A stretch of 64,000 nucleotides of DNA from contig CAXHJY010000125.1 of NCBI GenBank assembly GCA_964016885.1, positions 1 to 64,000 of the forward strand, read 5' to 3'. A program made the translations under genes and the position numbers. The notes under the pieces were generated by a model. The model searched no databases. It had not been told where the DNA came from and saw only the letters and a list, made by a program, of their open reading frames with translations. The stretch comes from Eledone cirrhosa (taxonomy: Eukaryota). Below are positions 1 through 19,860 of this stretch, one piece after another (the stretch's first letter is position 1; each line of letters opens with the position of its first letter).

Positions 1-1448
<1,448 letters not shown>

Positions 1449-1578
1449 TGGAAAGTTATATTTAAATTGTTGGGTTACAACTAGTAAATATTTATAACTG
1501 ATATAAAAGCACTCAACAAGTATTTGGAGTATATTTACGATATTAAATAAATGGAAACTATATTTATAAAACCATATT

Positions 1579-1644
1579 TATTTCATTATATATATTTCAG
1601 GGATATCATATTAACAATATGTTATGCCTTCCTCAGACAAAATA
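1579..1644 (-). ncRNA. Type I hammerhead ribozyme (minimal stem III) in PLE A pseudo-LTR
   Basis: minus strand TATTTTGT-CTGAGGA-AGG..CCT-GAAA-TATATA-TA-ATGAAATA; stem I and stem II pair. Confidence 0.8.
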
Positions 1645-2574
1645 CAATATAGACAGTTTTATAGATAAATAGATTTGACATACCGTTCAACATTGACTTG
1701 TATTTGAAAAAGTTGATTTGGCAGTGAAAAATTGTAAACAGAAAGAAAGAAAGAGAGAAAGAAGGAAAGAAAGAAAGAAAACGAAGAAAAAGAAGAAAAA
1801 GAAGAAATGCATGCAACAAAATAGAGAGATGGAAAGATAGATAAAGAGAAGAACTTCATGTAAAGAAACAGAGAGAGATATATATAGAGAGAGGAAATAG
1901 ATAGAGATAGATATATATAGAGAAAAGTAGGTAGTTGGACATCCGTTGAATGAACGTATCAATGATACATTTATTTATTTATTTATTTATTTAGCTCTAG
2001 TATTAATGTAAGGGAGATATATGTGGTTAGGAAAGAAACCAGCCGTTATATAGAGAGAAAAATGAAAAGTAACCAGACATAGGCGAGGCATAGTTTAAAA
2101 ACCCTATGTTTAATGTAGAAATATTAGTACGTATAAAAACAGGCACTATAATGTAAATATCAGTATTCCTGAATGAGACACGTATCCATAATGTGTGAAA
2201 AGTAATGATCTTATGTCTAGTTTTAAAAATTCATATGTTTATATGATAACTACAAACATCGATGTGAATTTACGTGATCAACTCTGCAAACCCCTATTTC
2301 ACACGGAGAACATTCTCATTGTCATTGTGCTATAAACATTTAAGTATACATATATGTGTATATATATACACATATATATAGAGTCCTATATTAATTTTAA
2401 CAATACTATTCTTGTCTTTACTCTACATGATTATCTATCAAGTAGAAATAGAGAACAGATTTCAATATATTAATAAAAAATATCAGAAACAAAAACAAAA
2501 AATAATAATAATAATAATAATAAATAATAATAATAAACAAATAAATAAAATAGAAAACTAAAAAATAAAAAATA

Positions 2575-2611
<37 letters not shown>

Positions 2612-3184
2612 AAATAAAAAATAAAAAATAAAAAATAAAAAATAAAAAATAAAAAATAAAAAATAAAAAATAAAAAATAAAAAATAAAAATTAAAAAAAA
2701 TAAAAAATATTACATATTAAAAATAAAAATATTAAAAATATTAAAAAATATTAAAAAATATTACAATAAATAAAAATAAAAACATAATAGAAACATAATA
2801 TGCCACGCATATCGACCACAAAGATCAACCCTTCAAAATTAATTGACAATATATTGCCAAGTTCATTATAAGCATCAGAGTCGAAAACAGATGAAGCTAA
2901 AAATTATTTACCAAATCGCGTCTAGCAAAAATCATTTCAAAAAGTTTAGGATGCCCATTTGGTCTACATATGTTCTTATATTTAATATAGAAGTTTATCT
3001 AGTGTAACGTTTATTCGAAATATTTGGAGCAATCAACTTTTAGGGTAGTTTAATTTTTCATGAAGAATGTTTAAATAAAAATAAAAAGAAGAATAAAAAG
3101 AAGAAATCGAAAGATTTATCGGCTAGTTTCCCAAATAATTATAAATCAAACTAAATATACTACATTTTAAATTTAAATTTATAT

Positions 3185-5374
3185 TTAAAAGTTGAGTTTA
3201 ATCTATGTTTGCAGCAACTGAATAAATTTGTCCGTCGATTAAGGGAATTTTTAGATTTTAGTATAAAGAATATCTCCTCTGCGCAGAGGTCACATGTCTC
3301 AGAGGATGAATTAAAAGGAATCCCTCTTGAGACTATATTCCAAGCCGTCGAATATCTAACGTTATCTTGCCTAAGTTGCCAGAGTACGCCTGATAGTGCT
3401 GTTGAAGATTTTTTGCTTGGATCTGTGAAAGAATTCTTGTGGTTATTATAGCGAAGTTTAAATTCCGTCGATGTGGAACCGACGTAGTTAAAAGAATTAA
3501 AGTCAGTTTTAACATTACAATTGTATATTATATTTTTAACTAAGCAGTTGTTATTTAACGGACATTTAGATCTATCTCTACAGTTACATTTAACTTGTAT
3601 ATTATTTATGCTATTATCGCTAGGTTTTAAGTTCCTATTATTTATTCTATTAATATTTTGTGCTAAATTTTTGGTGGATGAGTAGGTTAATTTTATAGTA
3701 TGTCTATTGAAAATTGAGTGATACCTATGTGTTCTAGGGAAGCGATTATCAAGAGCTTTAAAAAAATAGTTTAGCGATGTGGGTTTTAATGTTTAGTGAG
3801 AAAGGGGGGGGCAAACCATATTATGTTCCTAGTTCTATTTCTTTTTTGGCTTTTGGAATTATTGTAATGCTTTCTATTATAGTTGTTAAGGTTGTTGCCG
3901 TAATTAAAATAGTTGTTATTTTGTTTAGTTTGTCTATCATTATCTATGTACATAATCTTATCACTATATCCTGCTCTAGCTAACGCTTCATTGTAGTACT
4001 GGGCTTTTTCGTCGAAAATCTTTCTATTAGACGAGATTCTAGAGATACGTTTTTTGAACAGAGTTTACTATAGTGTTTTTGACAGATCTGGGGTGGTTAG
4101 AGTTAAAGCTGACATAGTTTAAGTTTTCATTCAACTTGTGAAAAGGATAGTGAAGACATGTGTTGAGATTTAATGTTATATCTAGGAAATTGACTATTCT
4201 ATGGTTGTTCTCAATTTCTATTTTAAGATTAAAGTAATTAAAAAAATTGTGTAATTTGTTTTCTTTTTCTATTTAGTTCAGAGTTATTATTATCAATAAG
4301 TAAAAGCATGTCATCTCTATATAAACCTCCGGTAGTACCAGGTATTTTCCTATGTAGCGAATTGATTAAAAATAAGCCCACAAGGTCAGTTACCTGAGCT
4401 GAGTCGGATGATCCCATAGTAATGTCAAAATTGCTATCTCTATCTGCTCTGGTCCATAGTTGGTCATTAAATTCTATCAATGTTTTCCTAGCCGATAATA
4501 TAATGTGCATTTCATTGCTAGTTAGGTCTGTATGTTTGAATGCGTAATTTAGTGCCTTATTTAGTAGATTAGGGGTAATAGAAGAATAATAGTTAGCAAT
4601 ATCAAGTTGAATAAACTTATTATTATTGTTATATTTAATTTGCTTAAACCACTCAACAACCTCTCCAGTTCCCTTCCACAAGCTCAGGTTAGGTAAACAA
4701 TCCAAGTTCTTAATTTGCTGTATCACCCTGTCAAGAATGTTTTTGCTTAATTTGCCCAGGTCCGATTTTGATGGTGCGATCAATCTAACTGGCAAGTCAT
4801 TTTCAAAATTCCTTTTGTGATCTTTCATATTGATCTTCGGTTTCCTGGGCACGAAAGGTTGTGTTCTGTTCTCAATTTCCAACTCGTGCATTATACAAGA
4901 TGCTTCGACATTCATTTTCTCAAGCTCGGCCTTATCTGCTACCTTGTACTTTTTCCTCAGTTCCTTCAGTATGAGGCCATTATACATGTCTTTCTGCACT
5001 CCATAGAGGTTGTTGGTCTTGTCAGATTTCACCAAGATCTTCTCAGTTTTCTCTAAGCTCTCAATATTATCCTTAATGCCTTTCAGATATTCCTGGCCTT
5101 TGAAGTTTCTCTTGAATTTGACCCCTTGTATGATAGAAATTATATCGTTTTCAAAGTCAGATAAAAGTTTGTTAGGGGGTGGATTTCTTTTAGATTTGAA
5201 AACTTTGTTTAAGTCCGAGACATTTTCATTTATATTAGATTTATCAAAGTGGAATGCTCGCCACCTGATTCTCCTTATAAAAGAGTCAGATTTATCTATT
5301 AATTGTTTTATAAAGTCTTTGTTTCTAGGTAGAGGTATGTCTTTTAAAGAGGAAGTAATCTTAAAGAATTCCAT
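3185..5374 (-). pseudogene. PLE reverse transcriptase + GIY-YIG endonuclease, frameshifted
   Basis: SLKDIP..RIRWRAFH N-terminus; FIQLDIANYYSSI, FDITMGSSDSAQ, GLYRDD RT motifs in ORF 4238-5374; downstream frames give CNCRDRSKCPL, NIIYNC..YVGST, CDLC, CCKH, stop at 3185. Confidence 0.9.
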
Positions 5375-5552
5375 TTTTTCAGTTATAATATAAAGCGCTC
5401 AACAGTATTGGAGCAAGATACATGGAAAGTTATGTTTAAATTGTTGGGTTACAACTAGTAAATATTTATAACTGATATAAAAGCACTCAACAAGTATTTG
5501 GAGTATATTTACGATATTAAATAAATGGAAACTATATTTATAAAACCATATT

Positions 5553-5621
5553 TATTTCATTATATATATTTCAGGGGGATTAAAATATTAACAATATGTT
5601 ATGCCTTCCTCAGACAAAATA
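5553..5621 (-). ncRNA. Type I hammerhead ribozyme, upstream pseudo-LTR copy
   Basis: same core as 1579-1644 with an altered stem II loop. Confidence 0.75.
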
Positions 5622-6496
5622 CAATATAGACAGTTTTATAGATAAATAGATTTGACATACCGTTCAACATTGACTTGTATTTGAAAAAGTTGATTTGGCA
5701 GTGAAAAATTGTAAACAGAAAGAAAGAAAGAGAGAAAGAAGGAAAGAAAGAAAGAAAACGAAGAAAAAGAAGAAAAAGAAGAAATGCATGCAACAAAATA
5801 GAGAGATGAAAAGATAGATAAAGAGAAGAACTTCATGTAAAGAAACAGAGAGAGATATATATATAGAGAGGAAATAGATAGAGATAGATATATACAAATT
5901 TATTCAGTTGCTGCAAACATAGATTAAACTCAACTTTTAAATATAAATTTAAATTTAAAATGTAGTATATTTAGTTTGATTTATAATTATTTGGGAAACT
6001 AGCCGATAAATCTTTCGATTTCTTCTTTTTATTCTTCTTTTTATTTTTATTTAAACATTCTTCATGAAAAATTAAACTACCCTAAAAGTTGATGCTCCAA
6101 ATATTTCGAATAAACGTTACACTAGATAAACTTCTATATTAAATATAAGAACATATGTAGACCAAATGGGCATCCTAAACTTTTTGAAATGATTTTTGCT
6201 AGACGCGATTTGGTAAATAATTTTTAGCTTCATCTGTTTTCGACTCTGATGCTTATAATGAACTTGGCAATATATTGTCAATTAATTTTGAAGGGTTGAT
6301 CTTTGTGGTCGATATGCGTGGCATATTATGTTTCTATTATGTTTTTATTTTTATTATTGTAATATTTTTTAATATTTTTTAATATTTTTAATATTTTTAT
6401 TTTTAATATGTAATATTTTTTATTTTTTTAATTTTTATTTTTTATTTTTTATTTTTTATTTTTTATTTTTTATTTTTTATTTTTTATTTTTTATTT

Positions 6497-6533
<37 letters not shown>

Positions 6534-7465
6534 ATTTTTTATTTTTTAGTTTTCTATTTTATTTATTTGTTTATTATTATTATTTATTATTATTATTATT
6601 ATTATTTTTTGTTTTTGTTTCTGATATTTTTTATTAATATATTGAAATCTGTTCTCTATTTCTACTTGATAGATAATCATGTAGAGTAAAGACAAGAATA
6701 GTATTGTTAAAATTAATATAGACTCTATATATATGTGTATATATATACACATATATGTATACTTAAATGTTTATAGCACAATGACAATGAGAATGTTCTC
6801 CGTGTGAAATAGGGGTTTGCAGAGTTGATCACGTAAATTCACATCGATGTTTGTAGTTATCATATAAACATATGAATTTTTAAAACTAGACATAAGATCA
6901 TTACTTTTCACACATTATGGATACGTGTCTCATTCAGGAATACTGATATTTACATTATAGTGCCTGTTTTTATACGTACTAATATTTCTACATTAAACAT
7001 AGGGTTTTTAAACTATGCCTCGCCTATGTCTGGTTACTTTTCATTTTTCTCTCTATATAACGGCTGGTTTCTTTCCTAACCACATATATCTCCCTTACAT
7101 TAATACTAGAGCTAAATAAATAAATAAATAAATAAATAAATGCATCATTGATACGTTCATTCAACGGATGTCCAACTACCTACTTTTCTCTATATATATC
7201 TATCTCTATCTATTTCCTCTCTCTATATATATCTCTCTCTGTTTCTTTACATGAAGTTCTTCTCTTTATCTATCTTTCCATCTCTCTATTTTGTTGCATA
7301 CATTTCTTCTTTTTCTTCTTTTTCTTCGTTTTCTTTCTTTCTTTCCTTCTTTCTCTCTTTCTTTCTTTCTGTTTACAATTTTTCACTGCCAAATCAACTT
7401 TTTCAAATACAAGTCAATGTTGAACGGTATGTCAAATCTATTTATCTATAAAACTGTCTATATTG

Positions 7466-7531
7466 TATTTTGTCTGAGGAAGGCATAACATATTGTTAAT
7501 ATGATATCCCTGAAATATATATAATGAAATA
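7466..7531 (+). ncRNA. Type I hammerhead ribozyme, inverted arm copy
   Basis: tattttgt ctgagga agg..cct gaaa tatata ta atgaaata. Confidence 0.8.
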
Positions 7532-7574
7532 AATATGGTTTTATAAATATAGTTTCCATTTATTTAATATCGTA

Positions 7575-8576
<1,002 letters not shown>

Positions 8577-8578
8577 TC

Positions 8579-9112
8579 CTACCCAAACAATCATCTACAC
8601 CTCTCACAACACCCACACCCACATACCCACCCACTCGAAACCCCATCATTTGCCGCTACTCTCTACGCTATAGAATATGTACGGATAGTGGCTGCAAATT
8701 CACCCATTTACCTAGGACAAAACGATCTATCCCCACAAACAGCCACCACCATAATACATACTGTAATTTAACACCAACACAACTACCAATAACTCAAACA
8801 AGGAATCCACAAATCTGCCGTTTTTCCCTGCGAGACAGATTGTGTTTAGACCGGGATTGTCCCTTTACCCATCTCCCGGGGACCCGTCGGATAAATGAAA
8901 ATAAAATTAAAAATAAAAGCAAAAACAAAAACCATAACCTACATAAAAATAACCACTACCACAGTCACCAACAGTCTTCTAAACAGGAAACTTCTTCCTC
9001 TTTTTTAGCCATAATGAATCTGGCAAAAGAACTGGAAAAAAACATTCGAGCTATCACCCAGCACCACCCTCCACTATCACCCCACTGCACAAACTCCCAT
9101 TGCTGCCATTAA
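8579..9112 (+). pseudogene. LINE ORF1 C-terminal remnant with two CCCH-type zinc fingers
   Basis: [19 protein letters not shown] (from 8651) and [19 protein letters not shown] in the same frame as ORF 8840-9112. Confidence 0.7.
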
Positions 9113-12100
9113 CAAACAAACAAATTAACAACACACCAAAACAATTAAAACCATCCACTCTCGCCTCTACATTTTTGCTTAACGCCCAAGGCATCAGCCC
9201 TTCCACCAATACTCAAAAATGGAAGATCAAATTCCTGGAGGACTGGATTGATGTCCATCCAAACCACATCCCTTTCTTCGTCCTCACTGAAACCCATCTC
9301 AGTAACCTCCACTTGGAAGCCGAGGTGAAAGTGAAAAATTTCAAAGCCATCCGTGCTGATCGCGCTGGCAGAAGAAAGGGCGGAACTGCCATTTATGTCC
9401 ATAATTCTTTCTCAACAGAGGCTATGAACATATTCACTAATGGATACTTTGAGGCAGTCACTGTATTCAGTCAAACCAACAACCTATTAGTAGTTGGGCT
9501 CTATAGGCCACCCCAAACGCCTGTACCATGCTTCAAGGAATGCCTCAACAGCATAAAGTGTTTCATCCAAGAGTGTCACCCTGACAACATCTTAATGATG
9601 GGGGACTTCAACCTCCCCGGAGTTGACTGGTCCACAAACACCCTGCCACCAGGTTCTTCTGCCTCAACCTCTGACAGGGAAGCTGTGGAATCACTTCTTG
9701 ACTTCATGGATGATTTCTTCCTATCCCAACTAGTGCTCGAACCAACGAGGTGCCACAAAAACGTCCTAGACTTAATTTTCAGCAATCACACTGACAATAT
9801 CCACAATATTGCAGTGGAGAAAACTCTACTCTCTGATCATGACATGGTTCTCTGTGATCTGAGATTCCACCGTCCAATATACAAACCCAATGTCATCTCT
9901 CCTGTCCATCCGTTTGACGCTATGGATTTCCACAATGCAAACTGGGAAGCGATCAGTCATGATCTTGCACATGTCGACTGGTCCTTCACGCACACTCATA
10001 CACCCACTAACATCAAAAAGTCCTGGCAGACATTTGTGGACACTGTTACAAACATATGTGCTAAACACACCCCATTAAGAACTATAAACAAATCTAAGAG
10101 CAGAATCCCTAGAAATAGAAAAACGCTCATCAGAAAAATTAAGAGAACGAACAAAAAAATCAACAAGCTGAAATACTGTCAGCAGCAACACATCAACTTG
10201 ACTGCCATTTCATCACTAGAGATTAAAAAACATAACCTCCAAAACAACATAATGTCCCTCATCAACAATCAGAGAAGAGCTGAAGAGGCCTGGGCCATTG
10301 AGAAGATCAAACTCAATCCCAAAGTGTTCTTTTCATTTGCAAAAAAACACAAAATCACTGGCTCTACTGTTGGCCCTCTAATTGATGAAAATGGCACTCT
10401 TCAAGACAATGCTAAAACCATGGGTGAGATACTACAGAAACAATACTGCTCTGTTTTCAGCAATCCTGATATGGCCGATCTGGGCTGTATCGGCGATGTT
10501 ACTCCCCATTACACCTTATCGGACATAACGTTTGGCGCCCCTGATGTCTTGGCGGCAATAAAGGAAATCAAGCATAATTCAGCAGTAGGTCCCGATAGGT
10601 TCCCTGCTTGTGTCCTGAAGGCGTGTCAACACCAACTTGCTTCTCCTCTTGCCAATCTGTGGCGGAATTCACTGGATGCTGGATATGTGCCAGAAAACCT
10701 TCTATCCCAGTCTGTTGTCCCAGTTTTCAAAAAGGGAAACAAATCCCTTGCCGTGAATTACCGTCCAATCTCACTCACCTCTCATATCATTAAGGTATTT
10801 GAGCGAGTGGTGAGATCGCGAATGACCCACTTCCTTGAGAGTAACAATATGCTGAACTCCAACCAGCATGGATTCCGTAATGGAAGGGATTGCCTGACGC
10901 AACTACTGCATCACTTTGATGACATTTTGAGAGCCTTGGGAGAGGGTTCCAACACTGATGTTATCTACCTTGATTTCAGCAAGGCCTTTGACAGGGTTGA
11001 TCATAACATTCTACTGAGAAAGCTGTCCAATATTGGTGTCACTGGAAAGCTGCTGCAGTGGATCAAGAGCTTCCTGTCAAACAGAACCCAACATGTTGTA
11101 GTTGAGGGAGTCAAATCAAGCCCAGCCAAAGTCAGTAGTGGAGTCCCACAAGGCACTGTGTTGGGCCCACTTCTCTTCATCATCTATATTAATGACATCA
11201 CTGACATCATCAAACACAGCAACATTAAAATTTTCGCTGATGATTCCAAGCTCCAAAAGGTCATCAATGGCGTGGATGACCGGATAAGCCTTCAGTCAGA
11301 CCTACTGGCTGTTACCCAATGGGCAGAAAAGAACAACATGTTACTGAACGAGGACAAATTCGAACTGATCCACTTTGGAAAAGAGGATGCTCTGAAACTC
11401 CCGTACTCCCTTCCCTCCGGGGAAACTCTCGTGGCATCTAACAACATCAGAGACTTGGGAGTAACCGTGGACAGCAACATAAGCTGGACCACGCATATAA
11501 GCAGCAAAGTTGACATGGCCCGCAGAATGTGTTCCTGGATCCTCAGAACCTTCCAGTCGAGAGATTCCCGCACCATTATCCTTCTCTTCTCTACTTTCGC
11601 CAGACCACACCTTGAATACTGTTGTCCACTGTGGTCTCCCCACACGAAACAAAGTATCATGAAACTTGAAGCTCCTCAAAGGGCAATCACGAAAAAGATA
11701 GATGGCATGTCAGACCTTGACTACTGGGGTCGATTGGAAAACCTGAAACTTTACTCACTCCAACGTCGCCGTGAGCGTTATATTATCTGCATGATGTGGA
11801 AAATGTTCCATCATCACTGCCCAAATGATGTTGGCATCGCCTTCAAGATACACCCAAGGCTTGGGCCCCGTGCTATCCGTCCCATTCAAAAATCTAAATC
11901 GCAACTCATAACAACAATACGGCACAATTATTTCACCTCAATCGGCCCTGCTCTCTTCAACATCACACCAGGACACGTCAAAACAGAAACTGACCACTCA
12001 AAATTCAAGAAGTCTTTGGACAAATTCCTCCAAGTAATCCCGGACAAACCACCCACACCCGGATATGTCTCCGCAAACAGTAATTCCCTTCTCGAATGGG

Positions 12101-12120
12101 CCATGGTGCCCAAATCCTGA
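9100..12120 (+). CDS. LINE ORF2: APE endonuclease + reverse transcriptase (1006 aa)
   Basis: LTETHL, GLYRPP, MGDFN, SDH (APE); [31 protein letters not shown] (RT); LQRRRERY C-terminus; no internal stop. Confidence 0.93.
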   Translation: MLPLTNKQINNTPKQLKPSTLASTFLLNAQGISPSTNTQKWKIKFLEDWIDVHPNHIPFFVLTETHLSNLHLEAEVKVKNFKAIRADRAGRRKGGTAIYVHNSFSTEAMNIFTNGYFEAVTVFSQTNNLLVVGLYRPPQTPVPCFKECLNSIKCFIQECHPDNILMMGDFNLPGVDWSTNTLPPGSSASTSDREAVESLLDFMDDFFLSQLVLEPTRCHKNVLDLIFSNHTDNIHNIAVEKTLLSDHDMVLCDLRFHRPIYKPNVISPVHPFDAMDFHNANWEAISHDLAHVDWSFTHTHTPTNIKKSWQTFVDTVTNICAKHTPLRTINKSKSRIPRNRKTLIRKIKRTNKKINKLKYCQQQHINLTAISSLEIKKHNLQNNIMSLINNQRRAEEAWAIEKIKLNPKVFFSFAKKHKITGSTVGPLIDENGTLQDNAKTMGEILQKQYCSVFSNPDMADLGCIGDVTPHYTLSDITFGAPDVLAAIKEIKHNSAVGPDRFPACVLKACQHQLASPLANLWRNSLDAGYVPENLLSQSVVPVFKKGNKSLAVNYRPISLTSHIIKVFERVVRSRMTHFLESNNMLNSNQHGFRNGRDCLTQLLHHFDDILRALGEGSNTDVIYLDFSKAFDRVDHNILLRKLSNIGVTGKLLQWIKSFLSNRTQHVVVEGVKSSPAKVSSGVPQGTVLGPLLFIIYINDITDIIKHSNIKIFADDSKLQKVINGVDDRISLQSDLLAVTQWAEKNNMLLNEDKFELIHFGKEDALKLPYSLPSGETLVASNNIRDLGVTVDSNISWTTHISSKVDMARRMCSWILRTFQSRDSRTIILLFSTFARPHLEYCCPLWSPHTKQSIMKLEAPQRAITKKIDGMSDLDYWGRLENLKLYSLQRRRERYIICMMWKMFHHHCPNDVGIAFKIHPRLGPRAIRPIQKSKSQLITTIRHNYFTSIGPALFNITPGHVKTETDHSKFKKSLDKFLQVIPDKPPTPGYVSANSNSLLEWAMVPKS

Positions 12121-12204
12121 ATTGAAAGACTTCGCCAGGTGGTGCTATTAAGTTAGACATGGACTGGGCCAATACTGGCCAAATCATTTCAAAGTTATTC
12201 AAAG

Positions 12205-16385
<4,181 letters not shown>

Positions 16386-16545
16386 ATACTTTGGGAGGGT
16401 CATGTTACCAATAAGAAACACAGGCACCAGTTGCTTTCACTTCAATTTATTATATATCTATAAATTTATAAATCTACAAATCTACAAACTTATAAATTTC
16501 TGGTTGGTTGGTTGGTTCCACAACCAGATAGTTGTTTATATATAT

Positions 16546-16590
16546 AGTCATAGTCCTTTCGTCACACACTCTGTGACCTCTTCAGTGACT
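16546..16590 (-). ncRNA. Type I hammerhead ribozyme (minimal)
   Basis: minus AGTCA-CTGAAGA-g-GTCACA gagtg TGTGAC-GAAA-ggac-TA-TGACT. Confidence 0.8.
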
Positions 16591-16900
16591 GGGATTCCTT
16601 TCTTCGTTTCTGTGCCTTTCCTTTCTTCTATCCTACGCCATTTTGTTTCTGTGTATGTGTTGTGTGCTCAGTTTGCGCATGCGCCACATCCGGGTGTCTG
16701 TGTGTGTTTGTGTTCATTTTTCTATTTTTCTATTTCTATTTTTCTACTTATATTTTTCTATTTGTTTATTTATTTATTTATTGTTGGTTGGTTGTTTGTT
16801 CTATGTGTGTGTGTGTTTTCATTTTGTCCTGTGTGTGTTTTCATTTTGTCCTTAATTGTAAGTTGTTTGTTCTATGTGTGTGTGTGTTTTCATTTTGTCC

Positions 16901-18199
16901 TTAATTGTAAGTTGTGATGTTGCTGTTCCACTCATATTTTCTATTTAATTTTGGTTTTAATTCTTTTATGCTTACTGCCTCTGTAATTTGCCTAAGCATT
17001 GCGTCTTTTCTGTGTGTGGATTCTATTTTTATTTCTATGCTCTCTAATCTACCCCTGTGTTCTATCTTAGCATGTTGGTAGAGCACAGATGATTCTTTAT
17101 TATCTTGGAGGTCTCGCCAGTGTTCATTTATACGTTCCCCTATACTACGAGCTGTCTCACCTATGTACACTATATTTTTGTTTCTACATTGTCCTTCAGT
17201 ACATCTTATGCTATACACTACATTTCTAGTTTTACAGTTAATATGGGGGCTTATTTTACAGGTTATACATTTCTTATCTATACATGAGGGTCTTTGGAAC
17301 GGGTATGTCTTGCTAATAAGTGTTTTTACGGAGGTACCAGGTCTTTCTACTATCTTAATATTGAGATTATGTTTCTTTAGGGCCCTTCTAAATTTGTAGG
17401 CTAGTTCGCCTCTAGGGGTTGTATTGATGAACATTACACTCTGGTATTTATTGCTATCATACCATGAGTTTATTCTATTGGCCTTGTTCCTAGTTCTTTC
17501 TATTCTATTCCAAAATTTGCTCCTATACAAGGGGCAGGTCCCATTTATGTCATTATTTACCATTTTTTCCCATTTGATTCTGGCTCCTTTATACACTCTG
17601 ATTCTATCTCTCTGATTGTAGCCAGAGAACTGCATACGGTGGATGAAGTGTTGTATGTGTCTCTCTAGTTCTTCGGGGTTGCACATGCGGGACACATTTC
17701 TCATCACCCGTACCAAATCCGCAATCAGTATGTTGATTTTGGTATGGTCCGAAATGGCCGAGTTTCGGTGGATCAGATGTTTGGAAGTCATGGGTTTGGC
17801 ATAATGGGAATGGAGGATTTGGTTTTGGTTGTTAATGGTATCTAACCAGAGCTCTGTGTCTAGTACAGGTAATCGATGGTTGGGGTGTCTACTTGGGTAG
17901 TCTATAGTAACTCTAATGCTCTGGTGGATGGAGTTTGCTATTTGCTGGATGCTTTCCATTGTGTTTTTCTCTAGTTCCTGACTGTTCTTTAGTGGGGGTG
18001 TCTTAACTACGATGTTTATATCATCTACGTAGCGGGAGTACATTATCAGGGTTAAGCTGTCTTCTAATTGTTCATTAAGTTTTTGTTTAAGTCTACTGTC
18101 CCACCATACCATGAATAAGTTAGCTATGTCGCCTGCAATGCTAACACCAATGGCTGCTCCTTCCTCTTGGGCATATGTTTTACCATTAAATTTGAACAT
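16901..18199 (-). pseudogene. PLE RT (C-terminal part) + GIY-YIG endonuclease
   Basis: GAAIGVSIAG, YSRYVDD, LPVLD, HYAKPM, CxxxxCxxC, NVVYSIRC..YIGET; homology to E continues upstream across an in-frame TGA at 18215-18217. Confidence 0.88.
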
Positions 18200-18509
18200 A
18201 TGTTCCTTAAGGGTTCATTTTATGCTGGCCCCTACCGCATGTGCAATCATTTTCTTCAGTTCATCGTGGTTTTCGGGTGTCCGTATGGCTCTGGTCCACC
18301 CGTTCCATCTATCTGTGTGGGTTTTCTTGGCCATTGAGGTAATGGTAGGTGGTCTGCCTCTTGCTGGTCTTCTTCAGAAACGAAATATATATATATATAT
18401 ATATACATACATATGTGCTTTTTCATAAATACACATGAAGGCGAACTAGCCAGTTTTAGAATTCCCTTTATCGGATTATACTACTGTGAGAGCCCTGGTT
18501 TCTGTTGAA

Positions 18510-18588
18510 CTCTGCTGATGAATGAAATCCAACCGTGACCATCTCCACTGAAAGTTTTCATGAAATAGTCTTTTAAGACTATACAGAG
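18510..18588 (+). ncRNA. Type I hammerhead ribozyme with full stem III
   Basis: CTCTG-CTGATGA-ATGAAA..TTTCAT-GAAA-TAGTCT ttta AGACTA-TA-CAGAG; predicted cleavage after 18583. Confidence 0.88.
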
Positions 18589-19136
18589 CATTTGATGTTA
18601 TTCCAAATTGAAGGATAAGTGTTTCAAACTTTATTTTATCATGAGTTAAAGGTCTATAGATTTTTCCCTGGATTTTACTAAATTCTGTGGATGAATTTAT
18701 ATCCTGATTCTCTTTTGAGATGAGTTTGAGTTATTTTTCCTAAATCTTTCGTTAACTACTTTTCCCATCTTGACGTTATAGTCGCATATATGTTATAGAA
18801 TGCCGTTAGCTTCTTGCTAAAACAATCTCTATACCTCTCATTTATATTTATACTCGGATTCTTTTCCTAGAGTGCTTAAACTATCTGTGACTAATCCCGT
18901 TTTTTTTCATAAAACTGTGATAATTATTGCTATTTTGCTGAACTCCTTTGTAGAGTTTTTTTCAGAATGTATTTGACTGCTATTTCTTGTAAATAAACAT
19001 TCACTTCCATCCTGACGTCACTAGCCCCGTTTTTTTCCTCATGTGCTTTTTCATAAATACACATGAAGGCGAACTAGCCAGTTTTAGAATTCCCTTTTTC
19101 GGATTATACTACTGTGAGAGCCCTGGTTTCTGTTGA

Positions 19137-19217
19137 GCTCTGCTGATGAATGAAATCCAACCGTGACCATCTCCACTGAAAGTTTTCATGAAATAGTCTT
19201 TTAAGACTATACAGAGC
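19137..19217 (+). ncRNA. Type I hammerhead ribozyme with full stem III (second copy)
   Basis: as above with stem I GCTCTG/CAGAGC; predicted cleavage after 19211. Confidence 0.88.
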
Positions 19218-19473
19218 ATTTGGTGTTATTCCAAATTGAAGGATAAGTGTTTCAAACTTTATTTTATCATGAGTTAAAGGTCGATAGATTTTTCCCTGGA
19301 TTTTACTAAATTCTGTGGATGAATTTATATCCTGATTCTCTTTTGAGATGAGTTTGAGTTATTTTTCCTAAATCTTTCGTTAACTACTTTTCCCATCTTG
19401 ACGTTATAGTCGCATATATGTTATAGAATGCCGTTAGCTTCTTGCTAAAACAATCTCTATACCTCTCATTTAT

Positions 19474-19860
<387 letters not shown>

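Larger units (their letters stand above)
1448..7574 (-). mobile_element. Penelope-like element A (Hydra-clade-like) with direct pseudo-LTR and inverted 3' arm
   Basis: RT-EN remnant at 3185-5374(-); 5422-5893 directly repeats 1448-1917; 5894-7574 is an inverted copy of 1536-3231; flanked by TA satellite on both sides. Confidence 0.9.
8577..12206 (+). mobile_element. CR1-like LINE, 5' truncated within ORF1
   Basis: ORF1 remnant, then APE-RT ORF2, short 3' UTR ending in TTCAAAGTT repeats that run into TA satellite. Confidence 0.88.
16379..18372 (-). mobile_element. Penelope-like element D, 5' truncated; related to element E
   Basis: RT-EN ORF; 3' terminus TGACCCTCCCAAAGTATAACAATAT nearly identical to element E terminus; hammerhead in 3' UTR. 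Confidence 0.88.
18413..19473 (+). mobile_element. ORF-less 628-bp tandem unit (about 1.7 copies) with two hammerheads; retrozyme-like
   Basis: 18413-18845 repeated at 19041-19473; each copy has a hammerhead; flanked by TA repeats. Confidence 0.8.

Noticed and set aside
2161-2210. CTGAATGA..GAAA hammerhead-like string
   Set aside because: Core spacing is wrong and stems I and III do not form.
18215-18217. In-frame TGA as selenocysteine (Naiad-type selenoprotein)
   Set aside because: It aligns with Thr in element E, not Cys. The elements here have a C-terminal endonuclease, unlike Naiads, and the Cys motifs I read use TGY codons.
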